From assembly GCA_963546185.1 (NCBI GenBank), contig CAUULU010000011.1:1-23202 (forward strand): a stretch of DNA of 23,202 nucleotides, read 5' to 3'. Under the pieces are notes generated by a model. That model made no database searches. It was not told the origin of the DNA and saw nothing but the letters and a program-made list of their open reading frames with translations. Within the stretch, counting starts at the first letter, position 1, and each line of letters begins with the position of its first letter. The translations under genes and the position numbers were made by a program. Shown one piece after another: positions 7,700-17,027 of this stretch. This DNA is from an uncultured Eubacteriales bacterium. GTDB taxonomy: Bacteria > Bacillota > Clostridia > TANB77 > CAG-508.

Positions 7700-8661
7700 T
7701 GAAGTTAAAAATTGGGAATTTAGAAATAGAAAATAATATTATAATAGGTCCAATGGCAGGAGTATCAGATAAGGCTTTTAGGCAAATACAAAAAGAAATA
7801 AGTAAAGCTCGGAATTGTATGGACAGAAATGGTTAATGCAAGAGCAGTTGTTTATGAAGATAAAAAAACATTAAAGATGCTTGAAAAATATGAAAATGAA
7901 TATCCAGTAGCATACCAATTATTTGGAGATGATGCTGAATATATGGCAAAAGCATCTAGAATATTAAGTGAAAAATGTGATATATTAGATATTAATATGG
8001 GGTGTCCTGCACCTAAAATTGTTAAAAATGGTGGAGGAAGTGACCTATTAAAAGATATTAAAAAAGCAGAAGAAATTATAATTGCAGTTGTTAAGAACTC
8101 TAAAGTTCCAGTAACTTTGAAAATGAGACTTCGGATGGGATGATGATAATATTACATGTTTAGAAATAGCTAAGATAGCAGAAAAACATGGTATAAAAAT
8201 GATTACTATACATGGTAGAACTAGAAAACAATATTATTCTGGTATTGCTAAATATGATATGATAAAAAAAGTAAAAGAAAATGTGTCAATTCCTGTAATT
8301 GCAAATGGAGATATAACAAATCCAAAGAAAGCATTTGAAGTTCTTGAAGAAACAGGGGCAGATGGAATTATGATTTCAAGAGGTGCACTTCGGAAAACCA
8401 CATAGAATAAGAAATATTGTTGAAAGTTTAGAAAAAAATACTATTATAGAAGAAGATGAAAATCTTGAAGATGTAAAAGAAATAATACTTAAACATTATG
8501 ATATTTTAGAAGAATTATATGGTAAAGAAAAAGCAGTAAAAGATATAAGGAAACATATAATATGGTATACATCTGGACTTAAAAATGGTAAAGAAGTAAG
8601 AGTTAGAGTAAATGAAATAGATTCAAAAGAGAAGATAGAAGAATTGTTAAAAATATTATAA
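7699..8661 (+). CDS. dus: tRNA-dihydrouridine synthase (DusB-like); three +1 shifts at C7810, C8132 and C8391
   Basis: IIGPMAGVSDKAFRQI..SKA-G-IVWTEMV..DINMGCPAPKIVKNGGGSDLL..LKMRL-G-WDDD..ITIHGRTRKQYYSG..ANGDI..ISRGAL-G-KPHRI. The ATG overlaps the rodA stop (taATG). Restored length is about 320 codons. Confidence 0.88.
7807..7813 (+). other. +1 recoding site GCT-C-GGA (dus)
   Basis: Joins EISKA to G-IVWTEMVNARAV. Confidence 0.8.
8129..8135 (+). other. +1 recoding site CTT-C-GGA (dus)
   Basis: Joins LKMRL to G-WDDDNITCLEIAK. Confidence 0.8.
8388..8394 (+). other. +1 recoding site CTT-C-GGA (dus)
   Basis: Joins ISRGAL to G-KPHRIRNIV. Confidence 0.8.
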
Positions 8662-8684
8662 GATAATATGATTAGGAGATATTT

Positions 8685-10124
8685 ATGGAAGAAAGAGAAA
8701 ACAGAATAGAAATTGATGAAATATTAAAAAATAAGGATAAATACATTGAAAAAGAAGTATATTTAAGAGGATGGGTAAGAAATATTCGTTTTTCTAAATC
8801 TATCCGGGTTTATAGAATTAAATGATGGTAGTAATTTTAAAAGTATACAACTTGTTATAGATGATACTATAGAAAACTTTAAAGAAATAGACAAAACTAC
8901 ATTATACTCATCTTTAAAAGTTAAAGGTATATTAGTTAAAAGTCAAGGAAAACAAGATATAGAAGTCAAAGTTACAAAAATAGAAGTAGAAGGATTAAGT
9001 GATGAAAAATATCCTATACAAAATAAGAGACATACATATGAGTTTTTCCGTACAGTATCACATTTAAGACCACGTTCAAATATATTTAGAACTGTATTTA
9101 GAATAAGATCACTTGCATCAATGGCAATACATGAATATTTCCAAAAAAATGGATATATATATGTAAATACACCAATAATTACAAGTAGTGATGGTGAAGG
9201 TGCAGGAGAAATGTTTAAAATAACAACTCTTAAAAATGAAGAAATTGTAAAAGAAACAGAAAAATTATCTAAAGAAAATAAGAAACAAGAAGAAATTAAT
9301 TCAGAATTAATGAAAAAAGATTTCTTTGGAAAAGATGCATTTTTATCTGTTACAGGACAATTAAATGGAGAATGTTTTGCACATGCTTTCCGGAAAAATA
9401 TATACATTTGGACCTACATTTAGAGCAGAAAATTCAAATACAACAAAACATGCAGCAGAATTTTGGATGATAGAACCAGAAGTTGCATTTGCAGATTTAA
9501 ATGAAATAATGGATATAGCAGAAGGAATGTTTAAATATATAGTAAAATATATATTTGAAAATGCTAAAGATGAATTAGAATTTTTAAACAAGTTTGTATC
9601 TGAAGGATTAATTGAAAAATTAGAAAAAGCTGTAGCAAATGATTTTGCAAGAGTTACATATACAGAAGCAATAGAAAAACTGCAAAAATCAGGTAAAGTA
9701 TTTGAAAAAGAAGTAGAATGGGGTATGGATTTAGATACAGAACATGAAAGATATTTAGCAGAAGAAATATATAATATGCCAATATTTTTAACAAATTATC
9801 CAAAAGATATTAAAGCATTCTATATGAGAAATAATAATGATGGAAAAACTGTTGCAGCAACAGACCTTTTAGTTCCAGGAATAGGTGAACTTGTAGGAGG
9901 AAGCCAAAGAGAAGAAAGATTAGATGTTCTTATAGAAAAAATGGAAAGCTTAGGAATGGATATAGAAGGTTATGACTGGTATCTAGATTTAAGAAGATAT
10001 GGTACTGTAGAACACTCAGGATTTGGTCTTCGGATTTGAAAGACTTATAATGTATTTAACAGGAGTACAAAACATAAGAGATGTATTACCATTCCCAAGA
10101 ACACCAAGAAATTGTGAATGTTAA
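8685..10124 (+). CDS. asnS: asparagine--tRNA ligase; three +1 shifts at C8805, C9391 and C10031
   Basis: [123 protein letters not shown]. Class II motifs 2 and 3 are intact once the pieces are joined. Confidence 0.92.
8802..8808 (+). other. +1 recoding site ATC-C-GGG (asnS)
   Basis: Joins RFSKSI to [11 protein letters not shown]. This is the only site where the shifted codon is GGG. Confidence 0.8.
9388..9394 (+). other. +1 recoding site TTC-C-GGA (asnS)
   Basis: Joins CFAHAF to [14 protein letters not shown]. Confidence 0.85.
10028..10034 (+). other. +1 recoding site CTT-C-GGA (asnS)
   Basis: Joins HSGFGL to [18 protein letters not shown]. Confidence 0.85.
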
Positions 10125-10163
10125 TATAAAAATAAATGATAAAGAATAATAACAGAAATAAAA

Positions 10164-10201
10164 AATGAAATTTAGATTTTGTAGAAAGTCTAAATTTCAT
10201 T
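10164..10201. terminator. 13-bp hairpin between asnS and the tRNA; the T tract lies on the minus-strand side
   Basis: aatgaaatttaga (10164-10176) pairs with tctaaatttcatt (10189-10201). On the minus strand it is followed by ttttatttctgtt. On the + strand it lacks a T run but lies 40 nt after the asnS stop. Confidence 0.5.
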
Positions 10202-10272
10202 AATGTTATTAAGAAACAATAGTATATAAGATATTATTACTATATAGTAATAATTAAAGATAAGGTATAAAA

Positions 10273-10303
10273 GCAAAAAAAAGATACTTTAAAAAAAGTA
10301 TCT
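10273..10303 (-). terminator. intrinsic terminator directly after tRNA-Met
   Basis: On the minus strand: agatact, loop ttttttaa, agtatct, followed by seven T. Confidence 0.6.
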
Positions 10304-10379
10304 GGTAGTGAAGAAGGGACTTGAACCCCTGACCCTTCGGGTATGAACCGAATGCTCTAGCCAACTGAGCTACTTCACC
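10303..10379 (-). tRNA. tRNA-Met (anticodon CAT), elongator-like, with encoded CCA
   Basis: The reverse complement GGTGAAGTAGCTCAGTTGGCTAGAGCATTCGGTTCATACCCGAAGGGTCAGGGGTTCAAGTCCCTTCTTCACTACCA folds as a 77-nt cloverleaf. Anticodon loop is TTCATAC. It lacks the three G-C pairs in the anticodon stem that initiator tRNA has. tRNA-Ile2 (lysidine-modified CAT) cannot be fully excluded. Confidence 0.9.
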
Positions 10380-10390
10380 AAACATGTATA

Positions 10391-10419
10391 ATTATACTTT
10401 AAAATGTAATGAATGTCAA
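10391..10419 (-). promoter_or_regulatory. consensus sigma-A promoter for tRNA-Met, TTGACA-17 nt-TATAAT
   Basis: The minus strand reads ttgaca (10419-10414), a 17-nt spacer, tataat (10396-10391), then 11 nt (10390-10380) to tRNA position 1. Confidence 0.75.
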
Positions 10420-10446
10420 TTAGAAAAAGGAAAAATAATATTTAAA

Positions 10447-10968
10447 ATGAAATTAAGAGAAAAGATAGAGGCAATAATATTTTTTTCAGGAGAACCTATT
10501 GCGATTGAATTATTAGCAGAAACTCTTGAAGTTAAAAATGAAGAAATAGTTGAAAATATTGAGAGATTAATTGAAGAAAAATATTCTGATGAAAATACCG
10601 GAATTGAGCTTATAATTACAGATGGAATGGTTCAATTTGTTGCAAAAAAAGAAGCAATGGAATATATAAACAAGATATTTGATAAAAGAACAAATCCTAA
10701 ACTTACAAAAGCTGCTATGGAAGTTTTGTCTATTATTGCATATAATGAAGATATAACAAGAGCAGAAATTGAAAATATAAGGGGAGTATCTTCAGATGCT
10801 ATAATATATAAGCTTATAGAATATGGACTTATAAAAGAAAGTGGAAAACGTGAAATACTTGGAAGACCAATGGGATATAGGACAACAGAAAAATTTCTAT
10901 TAACATTTGGAATTCAAAGTTTAGAAGAACTACCAAAATTAGATGAAATTAATTTAGAAGAAAAATAA
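10447..10968 (+). CDS. scpB: segregation and condensation protein B (ScpB)
   Basis: IEAIIFFSGEPI..LTKAAMEVLSIIAYNEDITRAEIENIRGVSSD..GRPMGYRTTEKFLLTFG. I prefer the ATG at 10447, because the track start at 10384 lies inside the divergent tRNA promoter. An out-of-frame CGG at 10599 causes no break. Confidence 0.85.
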   Translation: MKLREKIEAIIFFSGEPIAIELLAETLEVKNEEIVENIERLIEEKYSDENTGIELIITDGMVQFVAKKEAMEYINKIFDKRTNPKLTKAAMEVLSIIAYNEDITRAEIENIRGVSSDAIIYKLIEYGLIKESGKREILGRPMGYRTTEKFLLTFGIQSLEELPKLDEINLEEK

Positions 10969-10978
10969 TGGTGACAAA

Positions 10979-11719
10979 ATGGGTGAAGCAGAAAAAGGAA
11001 ATGGAAAGAAAATATTATTTACTATACTTTTTGCAATATTATTTACAGGTTTAATGGTTTTTGCACTTACTTCAGATATCTTTAAAGTAAGAAGTATAGA
11101 AGTTAAAAATGTTAAAAATTTAGATATTGATAAGATAAAAAAAGATAGTGGAATAGTAGAAGGAAGAAATATATTTTTACAGAGATATTTTAAGGGAATG
11201 TTTAAATTAAAAGAAAATGCTAGAATACAGGAAGCAAAAATATATCCAGTATTTCCTAATAAGATTGAAATATATATAGAAGAAAGAAACGAAAATTATC
11301 AAATCGCTGATGAGAATGGTTATCATATAATTGATAAAAATGGATATATATTAAGAAAAAGTGACGAACTTCAAAAAGTAATTATGTTATTAGGATTAAA
11401 AACAACATCTTTAACTCAAAAAAATAGGATTGATAGAGAAGATTTAGATGTTTTAGAAAAGATTAATAAGATAAAATATGTTTTAGACTATTATAATTTA
11501 ACAGATAAGGTTACTAGCATTGAGAAAAAAGACAGACAATTTATACTAGACTTAAAAGAAGAAAAGAAAAAGATAATCTTAAAAGAAGAACTTACAGAAC
11601 TTAGAGCACAAATTTCAATTTCAAAACATATAATTGATACAGAAAAAGGAAAAGAAGGCGAAATATTTAATGATAAAAATCAAAAAAGAAATTATATGGT
11701 TTTTAGAGAAAAGATTTAG
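10979..11719 (+). CDS. ftsQ: FtsQ/DivIB-like cell division protein (one TM segment plus POTRA)
   Basis: An N-terminal TM segment followed by FKVRSIEVKNVKNLDIDKIKKDSGIVEGRNIF, which is POTRA-like. It sits at the head of the DUF881-sbp-ftsA-ftsZ cluster. Confidence 0.7.
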   Translation: MGEAEKGNGKKILFTILFAILFTGLMVFALTSDIFKVRSIEVKNVKNLDIDKIKKDSGIVEGRNIFLQRYFKGMFKLKENARIQEAKIYPVFPNKIEIYIEERNENYQIADENGYHIIDKNGYILRKSDELQKVIMLLGLKTTSLTQKNRIDREDLDVLEKINKIKYVLDYYNLTDKVTSIEKKDRQFILDLKEEKKKIILKEELTELRAQISISKHIIDTEKGKEGEIFNDKNQKRNYMVFREKI

Positions 11720-11731
11720 TAAGGAAGAGTT

Positions 11732-12599
11732 ATGTTAGAAGAATTAAAAGAAATGAACAAACAATATTATGATGAATATGAAGAAAATGATTGTGATATT
11801 AATGATAGTAATGGAGAAATAAGAATTCCTGTAAATCAAGAAATACATAAGGAAACAAAAATTCAGCAATTAATGTTTAAAATAATAATTTTTGTTGCAG
11901 TATTTTTGACAAGTTTAGGGATTGTAGTATTATCTAAAGTAAATAATAGGAATTCAGAAGGAATTGTTAGTGCAGAAACAAATGAACTTAGAGATACACT
12001 TACAAATGAAAGTGCTAAAAATAAGGAATTAATAGAAAAAAAGCAAAGAAAACAAAAAGAGCTTGAAAATTTAAAAGGAAAGCTAACAGAAAAAAATGAT
12101 ATTGCTGAAGAAAAGAAAAAAGAAGTTTTAGAAAATAATGTTAAATTAGGACTTACAAACTTAAGAGGAGAAGGTATTGAACTTGTTTTAAAAGATGGTG
12201 AAGATAAGAAAAAGGTTGGGAATGATGCACTTCAAATAATCGTACATGATACAGATATATTAGAAATAGTGAATGTACTTAGAAATGCAGGAGCAGAAGC
12301 AATTTCAATAAATGACCAAAGAGTTATAGCAACAACTCCAATAAGTTGTATAGGTACAGTTATTAAAATAAATGATGAAAAAATAGGTGGACCATATGTT
12401 ATAAGGGCTATAGGACATAGTGATTATTTAAAAACTGCATTAGAAATACCGGGAGGTATTTTAAGAATTCTTGAAAGTTCACGGAATAGGTGTTAACTTA
12501 AAAAAAGAATCCAATGTATTTATACCTAAATATAATGGGGTATATAATATAGAATATACTAAAATGAAAAATAGTAATATTAAAAATAATGTTAATTAA
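11732..12599 (+). CDS. DUF881 (YlxW/YlxX-like) division-associated protein; one +1 shift at C12482
   Basis: TM segment, coiled coil, then LRGEGIELVLKD..IVHDTDILEIVNVLRNAGAEAISINDQRV..GPYVIRAIG. After ILESS-G- the frame continues IGVNLKKESNVFIPKYNG to a stop at 12597-12599, restoring the usual DUF881 C-terminus. Confidence 0.8.
12479..12485 (+). other. +1 recoding site TCA-C-GGA (DUF881 copy 1)
   Basis: Joins RILESS to G-IGVNLKKESNVFIPKYNG. Confidence 0.7.
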
Positions 12600-12651
12600 A
12601 TATATATAGATAATTTAAATTAGGAAAGTATTATATAATTAGGAATATTTG

Positions 12652-12681
12652 GAATAATAATTTAATATTATTATTCTTTTT
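12652..12681 (+). terminator. AT-rich hairpin plus T run after the first DUF881 gene
   Basis: gaataataat / attattattc 10-bp stem, 5-nt loop, then ttttt. Confidence 0.45.
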
Positions 12682-12745
12682 GTACTGATATATATAATAA
12701 ATTATAATAATTAAAGATAAGAGATAAGATAAAATTGGAAATATT

Positions 12746-13586
12746 ATGGAAAATGAAAATATAGAAAAAAATGAAGAAAAGAATACTAATAAAAATGAAT
12801 ATTATTATGATGAACCTAAAGTTTGGACTAAAAGAAAGCCTAAAATAAAAACAGAAGAGCAGATAAAAGAAGAACTATTAGAAAATCAAAGACAAAAAAA
12901 GAATAATATTATAAAAGGCATATTGTATACTATTGTTACTATAATTACAGTATCAATAATATTCATACAAGTAAGAACTGTGGAAGAAACTGATTTAAAA
13001 GGAATTAAAATACTTAAAGATACAGAACTAAGAACAGAAATTTTAAACGAAAAAACAAAAAATAGAGAATATACAAAAAGTATTGAAGAACTTGAAAAGA
13101 AAATTGAACAATACAAAAAGTCAGAAACCACAGGAGAAAAAGTACCAGAAGTCCTTGAAAAAGAATTAGAAGAAACAAGACTTAGACTTGGACTTCTAGA
13201 TGTTTATGGACAAGGCATAACAATAACACTTCGTGATAATGAAAGTACTATAATTTCTGCAAATGATATATTAACACTTGTAAATCAGCTTATAATATCA
13301 GGAGCAGAAGCTGTTTCTATAAATGGCAATAGATTTATGAATAATACAGAAATAGTTGCAGTAAATAGTAAAGATATTTTAATAAATTCTAAGAAAATTA
13401 CAAGTCCATATAGAATACTCGCTATAGGAAATAAGAAGAATTTAGAAAGTGGTATAACAACAAAAGACCGGATATATAAATCAAATGCTTGCAAATGGAA
13501 AAAGTGTTGAATATTCGGTTGGTGATAATATTGAGATTCAAAAAAGTTCAGAGGAGGTGAAATACAAATATGGAAAAACAGAATAA
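12746..13586 (+). CDS. DUF881 (YlxW/YlxX-like) protein, second copy; one +1 shift at C13469
   Basis: GQGITITLRDNES..ANDILTLVNQLIISGAEAVSINGNRF..SPYRILAIGN. After ITTKD-G- it continues YINQMLANGKSVEYSVGDNIEIQK to a stop at 13584-13586. An out-of-frame CGG at 13516 causes no break. Confidence 0.8.
13466..13472 (+). other. +1 recoding site GAC-C-GGA (DUF881 copy 2)
   Basis: Joins ITTKD to G-YINQMLANGKSVEYSVGD. Confidence 0.7.
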
Positions 13587-13851
13587 AGAAGAAAAGAAAC
13601 ATTTCCACCAAACACATGAAGAATGTGGATGCAAAAGAGAAGATTTTATAGAGTCTTTAAATTATATTCCGAGAGAAGATTTACAAAAATTGTTACTTCA
13701 AGGATATGTTGAAGCAGAATGTGAAAATTGTGGTACAGAATATAGGATAGAAAAAGAAGAACTTGAAAAGATTGTAAAAGAAATAACAGAAATGAATATA
13801 TCTTGTGATACAAGTTTATGTAGTACTTGTGATATAGGATGTTTTGATTAA
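13570..13851 (+). CDS. stand-alone Hsp33 C-terminal zinc/redox-switch-like domain protein
   Basis: ECGCKREDFIESLNYIPREDLQKLLLQGYVEAECENCGTEYRIEKEELEKI has the CxC...CxxC spacing and flanking residues of the Hsp33 C-terminal domain. There is no Hsp33 N-terminal chaperone domain, and there is an extra Cys-rich tail (CDTSLCSTCDIGC). GGAGG lies 12 nt upstream. Confidence 0.6.
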   Translation: MEKQNKEEKKHFHQTHEECGCKREDFIESLNYIPREDLQKLLLQGYVEAECENCGTEYRIEKEELEKIVKEITEMNISCDTSLCSTCDIGCFD

Positions 13852-13861
13852 AGGAGAAAAT

Positions 13862-14224
13862 ATGTTTTATTTATTAATAGCTTTAGGAGCAATATTAGGT
13901 GTAGTTGTAGGAAAATATTTACCGGTAATACCATATACATATTCAGTATATGTATCTGTTGCAATACTTGCTATTTTAGATACGATTTTTGGAGCAATAG
14001 CCTCAAAGCTAAAAGGTAGATTTGACTTCAAAGTTTTTATATCAGGATTTTTTGGAAATGCATTATTAACAATGATGCTTGTATATTTAGGAATAAAATT
14101 AAATCTTGATATACATATTGCAGCAGTAGTAGTTTTTGTAAGCAGAATGTTTAATAATTTGTCAATAATTAGAAGATATTATATTGAAAAAATGAATGCA
14201 AAAAATACTAAAAAAACTAAATAA
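13862..14224 (+). CDS. sbp: small basic protein Sbp (DUF1290)
   Basis: RBS AGGAGA before the ATG at 13862. The ILDTIFGAI...FISGFFGNALL membrane pattern and the position just upstream of ftsA match B. subtilis sbp. Confidence 0.8.
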   Translation: MFYLLIALGAILGVVVGKYLPVIPYTYSVYVSVAILAILDTIFGAIASKLKGRFDFKVFISGFFGNALLTMMLVYLGIKLNLDIHIAAVVVFVSRMFNNLSIIRRYYIEKMNAKNTKKTK

Positions 14225-14273
14225 TTGTTGAAAAACTAAGTTTCTAAAAAAGAAAAAATAAGATTAAAATTAA

Positions 14274-14302
14274 TTGACTTTTTTACAAAAATGTAATAAT
14301 AT
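14274..14302 (+). promoter_or_regulatory. candidate promoter upstream of ftsA (TTGACT-17 nt-TAATAT)
   Basis: ttgact at 14274-14279 and taatat at 14297-14302. Confidence 0.4.
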
Positions 14303-14325
14303 TTAAACAGTAAAATTAAGTAAAA

Positions 14326-15576
14326 ATGGAGGCAGTCTTGGCAATTGGTGATATAATTGTTGGAGTTGATATAAGTTTTTCAAAGGTAAGCTTAGTTATA
14401 GGGAAGATTGATGGATCAAATCAGATTCAATTAATAGTAGCATCACATAAAGAATGTGATTTAGAGTCTAAGAGTAATTCATTAGGATTTGATGAAAATT
14501 CTCTTATTTCTATTTTAAGCGAAGTAGTAGAAGAAGCTGAAAAAATTTCGAAACTGAAGATTAATTCGGCATATGTTTCACTACCAGGTAACAAACTACA
14601 AATATTACAAAAACAAGCAACAAAAATAATAAATAATAAAGAACAAAGAGTAACAGAAAATGATGTTATAAGTACAATATTAACTGTAGGAAAATCAGAA
14701 GTTCCTATAGGAGATACAATTATAGATATAATACCAGATGTTTTTGAATTAGAAACAGGAGAAATGGTAAAAGATCCTATAAATAAAAGAAGCTCAAAAA
14801 TAACATTATATGCACAAGCAATAACAGCAAAAAAAAGTTATATTAATGAATTAAAAAGAGTTTTTGAAAAAGCAGGGTTAAATATTGATGGGTATTCTCC
14901 AAAAATATTAGCAGAAAAAAGATTCTATTTAGAAGATAGAGAACAACAAGAAGATACATTAATAATAGATATGGGTTATAGAAAAACTGAGATTGGGTTA
15001 TTCATACAAGGAACATTCATATATGCAAATACATTAGATTTTGGTGGTAATGATATTACAACAGATATGGAATATGTATTTGGTATAAATCATTCAGAAG
15101 CAGAAAAGCTAAAAAGAACATATGCAATAGCATTAAAAGAATATATTAAAAATGATAATAATATTTCATTATCAACTGTTGTTACACCAGATCCTAGTAA
15201 GAGAACTATAAAACCTTCACAAGTATCTGAAGTAATAGAAGGAAGACTTACATATACAATAGAAAATATATTTTCAAGTTTAAGAGAAATGGGACTTGAT
15301 AAATATGTTAAAAAGGTTATAATGGTAGGGCAAAGTTTAGAAAAAATAGACAAGAGTGAACTTTTATTTTCTAAAGTATTGGGAATTGAAGCTAAAAAGC
15401 CTACAAATAGGATTGCATTAAAGATAGATGAAAATTATAAGGATGCATATTCAATAATATCATATTTTGCATCAAAGCCTTTTGCTAAAAGTATAGCAAG
15501 TAATGTTGGAGCAGAAGAAGAAAAAGGAGCTCTAAAGAAAATATTAAATAAAATAAAAGAGTTTTTCTACACTTAA
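14326..15576 (+). CDS. ftsA: cell division protein FtsA
   Basis: Actin-fold pattern IVGVDISFSKVSLVIGK .. IIDMGYRKTEIGLF .. DFGGNDIT, located directly upstream of ftsZ. The true start may be the TTG at 14338, which follows GGAGG at 14328-14332. An out-of-frame CGG at 14567 causes no break. Confidence 0.85.
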   Translation: MEAVLAIGDIIVGVDISFSKVSLVIGKIDGSNQIQLIVASHKECDLESKSNSLGFDENSLISILSEVVEEAEKISKLKINSAYVSLPGNKLQILQKQATKIINNKEQRVTENDVISTILTVGKSEVPIGDTIIDIIPDVFELETGEMVKDPINKRSSKITLYAQAITAKKSYINELKRVFEKAGLNIDGYSPKILAEKRFYLEDREQQEDTLIIDMGYRKTEIGLFIQGTFIYANTLDFGGNDITTDMEYVFGINHSEAEKLKRTYAIALKEYIKNDNNISLSTVVTPDPSKRTIKPSQVSEVIEGRLTYTIENIFSSLREMGLDKYVKKVIMVGQSLEKIDKSELLFSKVLGIEAKKPTNRIALKIDENYKDAYSIISYFASKPFAKSIASNVGAEEEKGALKKILNKIKEFFYT

Positions 15577-15581
15577 TAACA

Positions 15582-15590
15582 TGATATAAT
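15582..15590 (+). promoter_or_regulatory. possible extended -10 promoter (TGaTATAAT) for ftsZ
   Basis: tgatataat at 15582-15590, in the ftsA-ftsZ spacer. Confidence 0.35.
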
Positions 15591-15722
15591 ATTAATTAAG
15601 GAATAGTAAAAAAGAAATAAAAAATCAAAAAATTAAAAATTGAAATAGATAAATTAATCTGAGATATACATAAGATAATAATGTTAACTAGAAACGATAA
15701 AGAACAACTTAAGGGGGAAGAA

Positions 15723-16845
15723 ATGTATATAGAAAATAAAGTAAGAGAAATAGTTGAAAGAGAACAATTTGAAGAAGCTATAATAAAAGTAATAGGTGTA
15801 GGAGGAGCAGGAAATAATTCTATTAATAGAATGATTGAAGCAGGAATCAAAAATGTAGAATTTATAGCTATTAATACAGATAGACAAATATTATCAAAAT
15901 CAAATGCAGAAGTTAAACTTCAAATTGGTGAACAATTAACTAGAGGACTTCGGAGCTGGTGGAAGTGCTGAAATAGGTGAAAAAGCAGCAGAAGAAAGTA
16001 AAGAAGAAATAGAAAAAGTATTAGAAGGTGCAAACATGGTTTTCATTACAGCAGGAATGGGTGGTGGAACAGGTACAGGTGCAGCACCAGTAGTAGCAGA
16101 AATAGCTAAATCTAAGAATATATTAACAATAGCAATAGTTACAAAACCATTTACATTTGAAGGAAGAAAAAAAGCATTACAAGCTGAAAAAGGATTAGAA
16201 AAATTAAAATCAAATGTAGACTCACTTATAGTAGTACCAAATGATAAATTATTACAAATCATAGATAGAAAAACATCAATGAAAGATGCATTTATGATAG
16301 CAGATGATATTTTAAGACAAGGTGTTCAAGGTATATCAGACTTACTTATTATATCAGGAGAAGTTAACATTGACTTTGCAGACTTAAGAAATGCAATGAA
16401 AGATAAAGGAATAGCACATTTAGGTGTTGGTAGAGCAAGTGGTGAAAATAGAGCAGAAGATGCAGCAAAACTTGCAATTCAAAGTCCATTATTAGAAACA
16501 ACTATAGATGGAGCAACATCAGTAATATACAATGTTACAGGTGATAAATCATTAACATTACATGAATTTGATACAGCATCACAAATTATTAATCAAGGTG
16601 CAGATCCAGATGCAACAATAATAATGGGTAGAGTTATTGATGAAACAGCAGGTGAAGATGTTATAGTAACAGTAATTGCTACAGGGTTTGAAGGTGAAAG
16701 AAAAGTTTCTAAAATAGAAACAACTACACAAGAACCACAATCAACACCATTTTATGAAAGATTAAACACAAGACAAGAACCACAATCATCATCAGATGAA
16801 CCTCGTATACCAGATTGGTTAAGAAAAAATGGAGGAAGTTTCTAA
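15723..16845 (+). CDS. ftsZ: cell division GTPase FtsZ; one +1 shift at C15951
   Basis: RBS AAGGGGGA before the ATG at 15723. [84 protein letters not shown]. The restored length of about 373 aa is normal. Confidence 0.95.
15948..15954 (+). other. +1 recoding site CTT-C-GGA (ftsZ)
   Basis: Joins QLTRGL to [16 protein letters not shown], the conserved RGLGAG loop. Confidence 0.85.
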
Positions 16846-17027
16846 GTTTAAAGCATATAAGCTTAAATAATTAATGAACAAAAAAAGATATAAATGGTAT
16901 AACAATAATGACTAAATTATGATATACTATGTATATCTTTTATTTTGTATATGAAATATAAATATAATTAGAAAAAAATATAAATAAAACATAAATATAT
17001 AAAATAATTAAAATTTGGAGGGAAATT

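Noticed and set aside
10338-10340. A CGG trinucleotide in the + strand sequence of the tRNA region
   Set aside because: It lies within the minus-strand tRNA-Met gene and is not translated, so it is irrelevant to the recoding count.
15940-15954. A prfB-like upstream Shine-Dalgarno stimulator at the shift sites
   Set aside because: A few sites have purine-rich GAGG-like sequence just upstream (AGAGGA before the CTT at 15948, AGAGGTG before the CTT at 8388). Most do not (for example 3052, 7093, 7305, 12479), so there is no consistent stimulator.
16846-17027. A promoter or riboswitch upstream of sufC (TGaTATACT at 16920-16928)
   Set aside because: Only a weak -10-like element with no convincing -35, and I could see no conserved structured element. 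Too uncertain to report as a feature.
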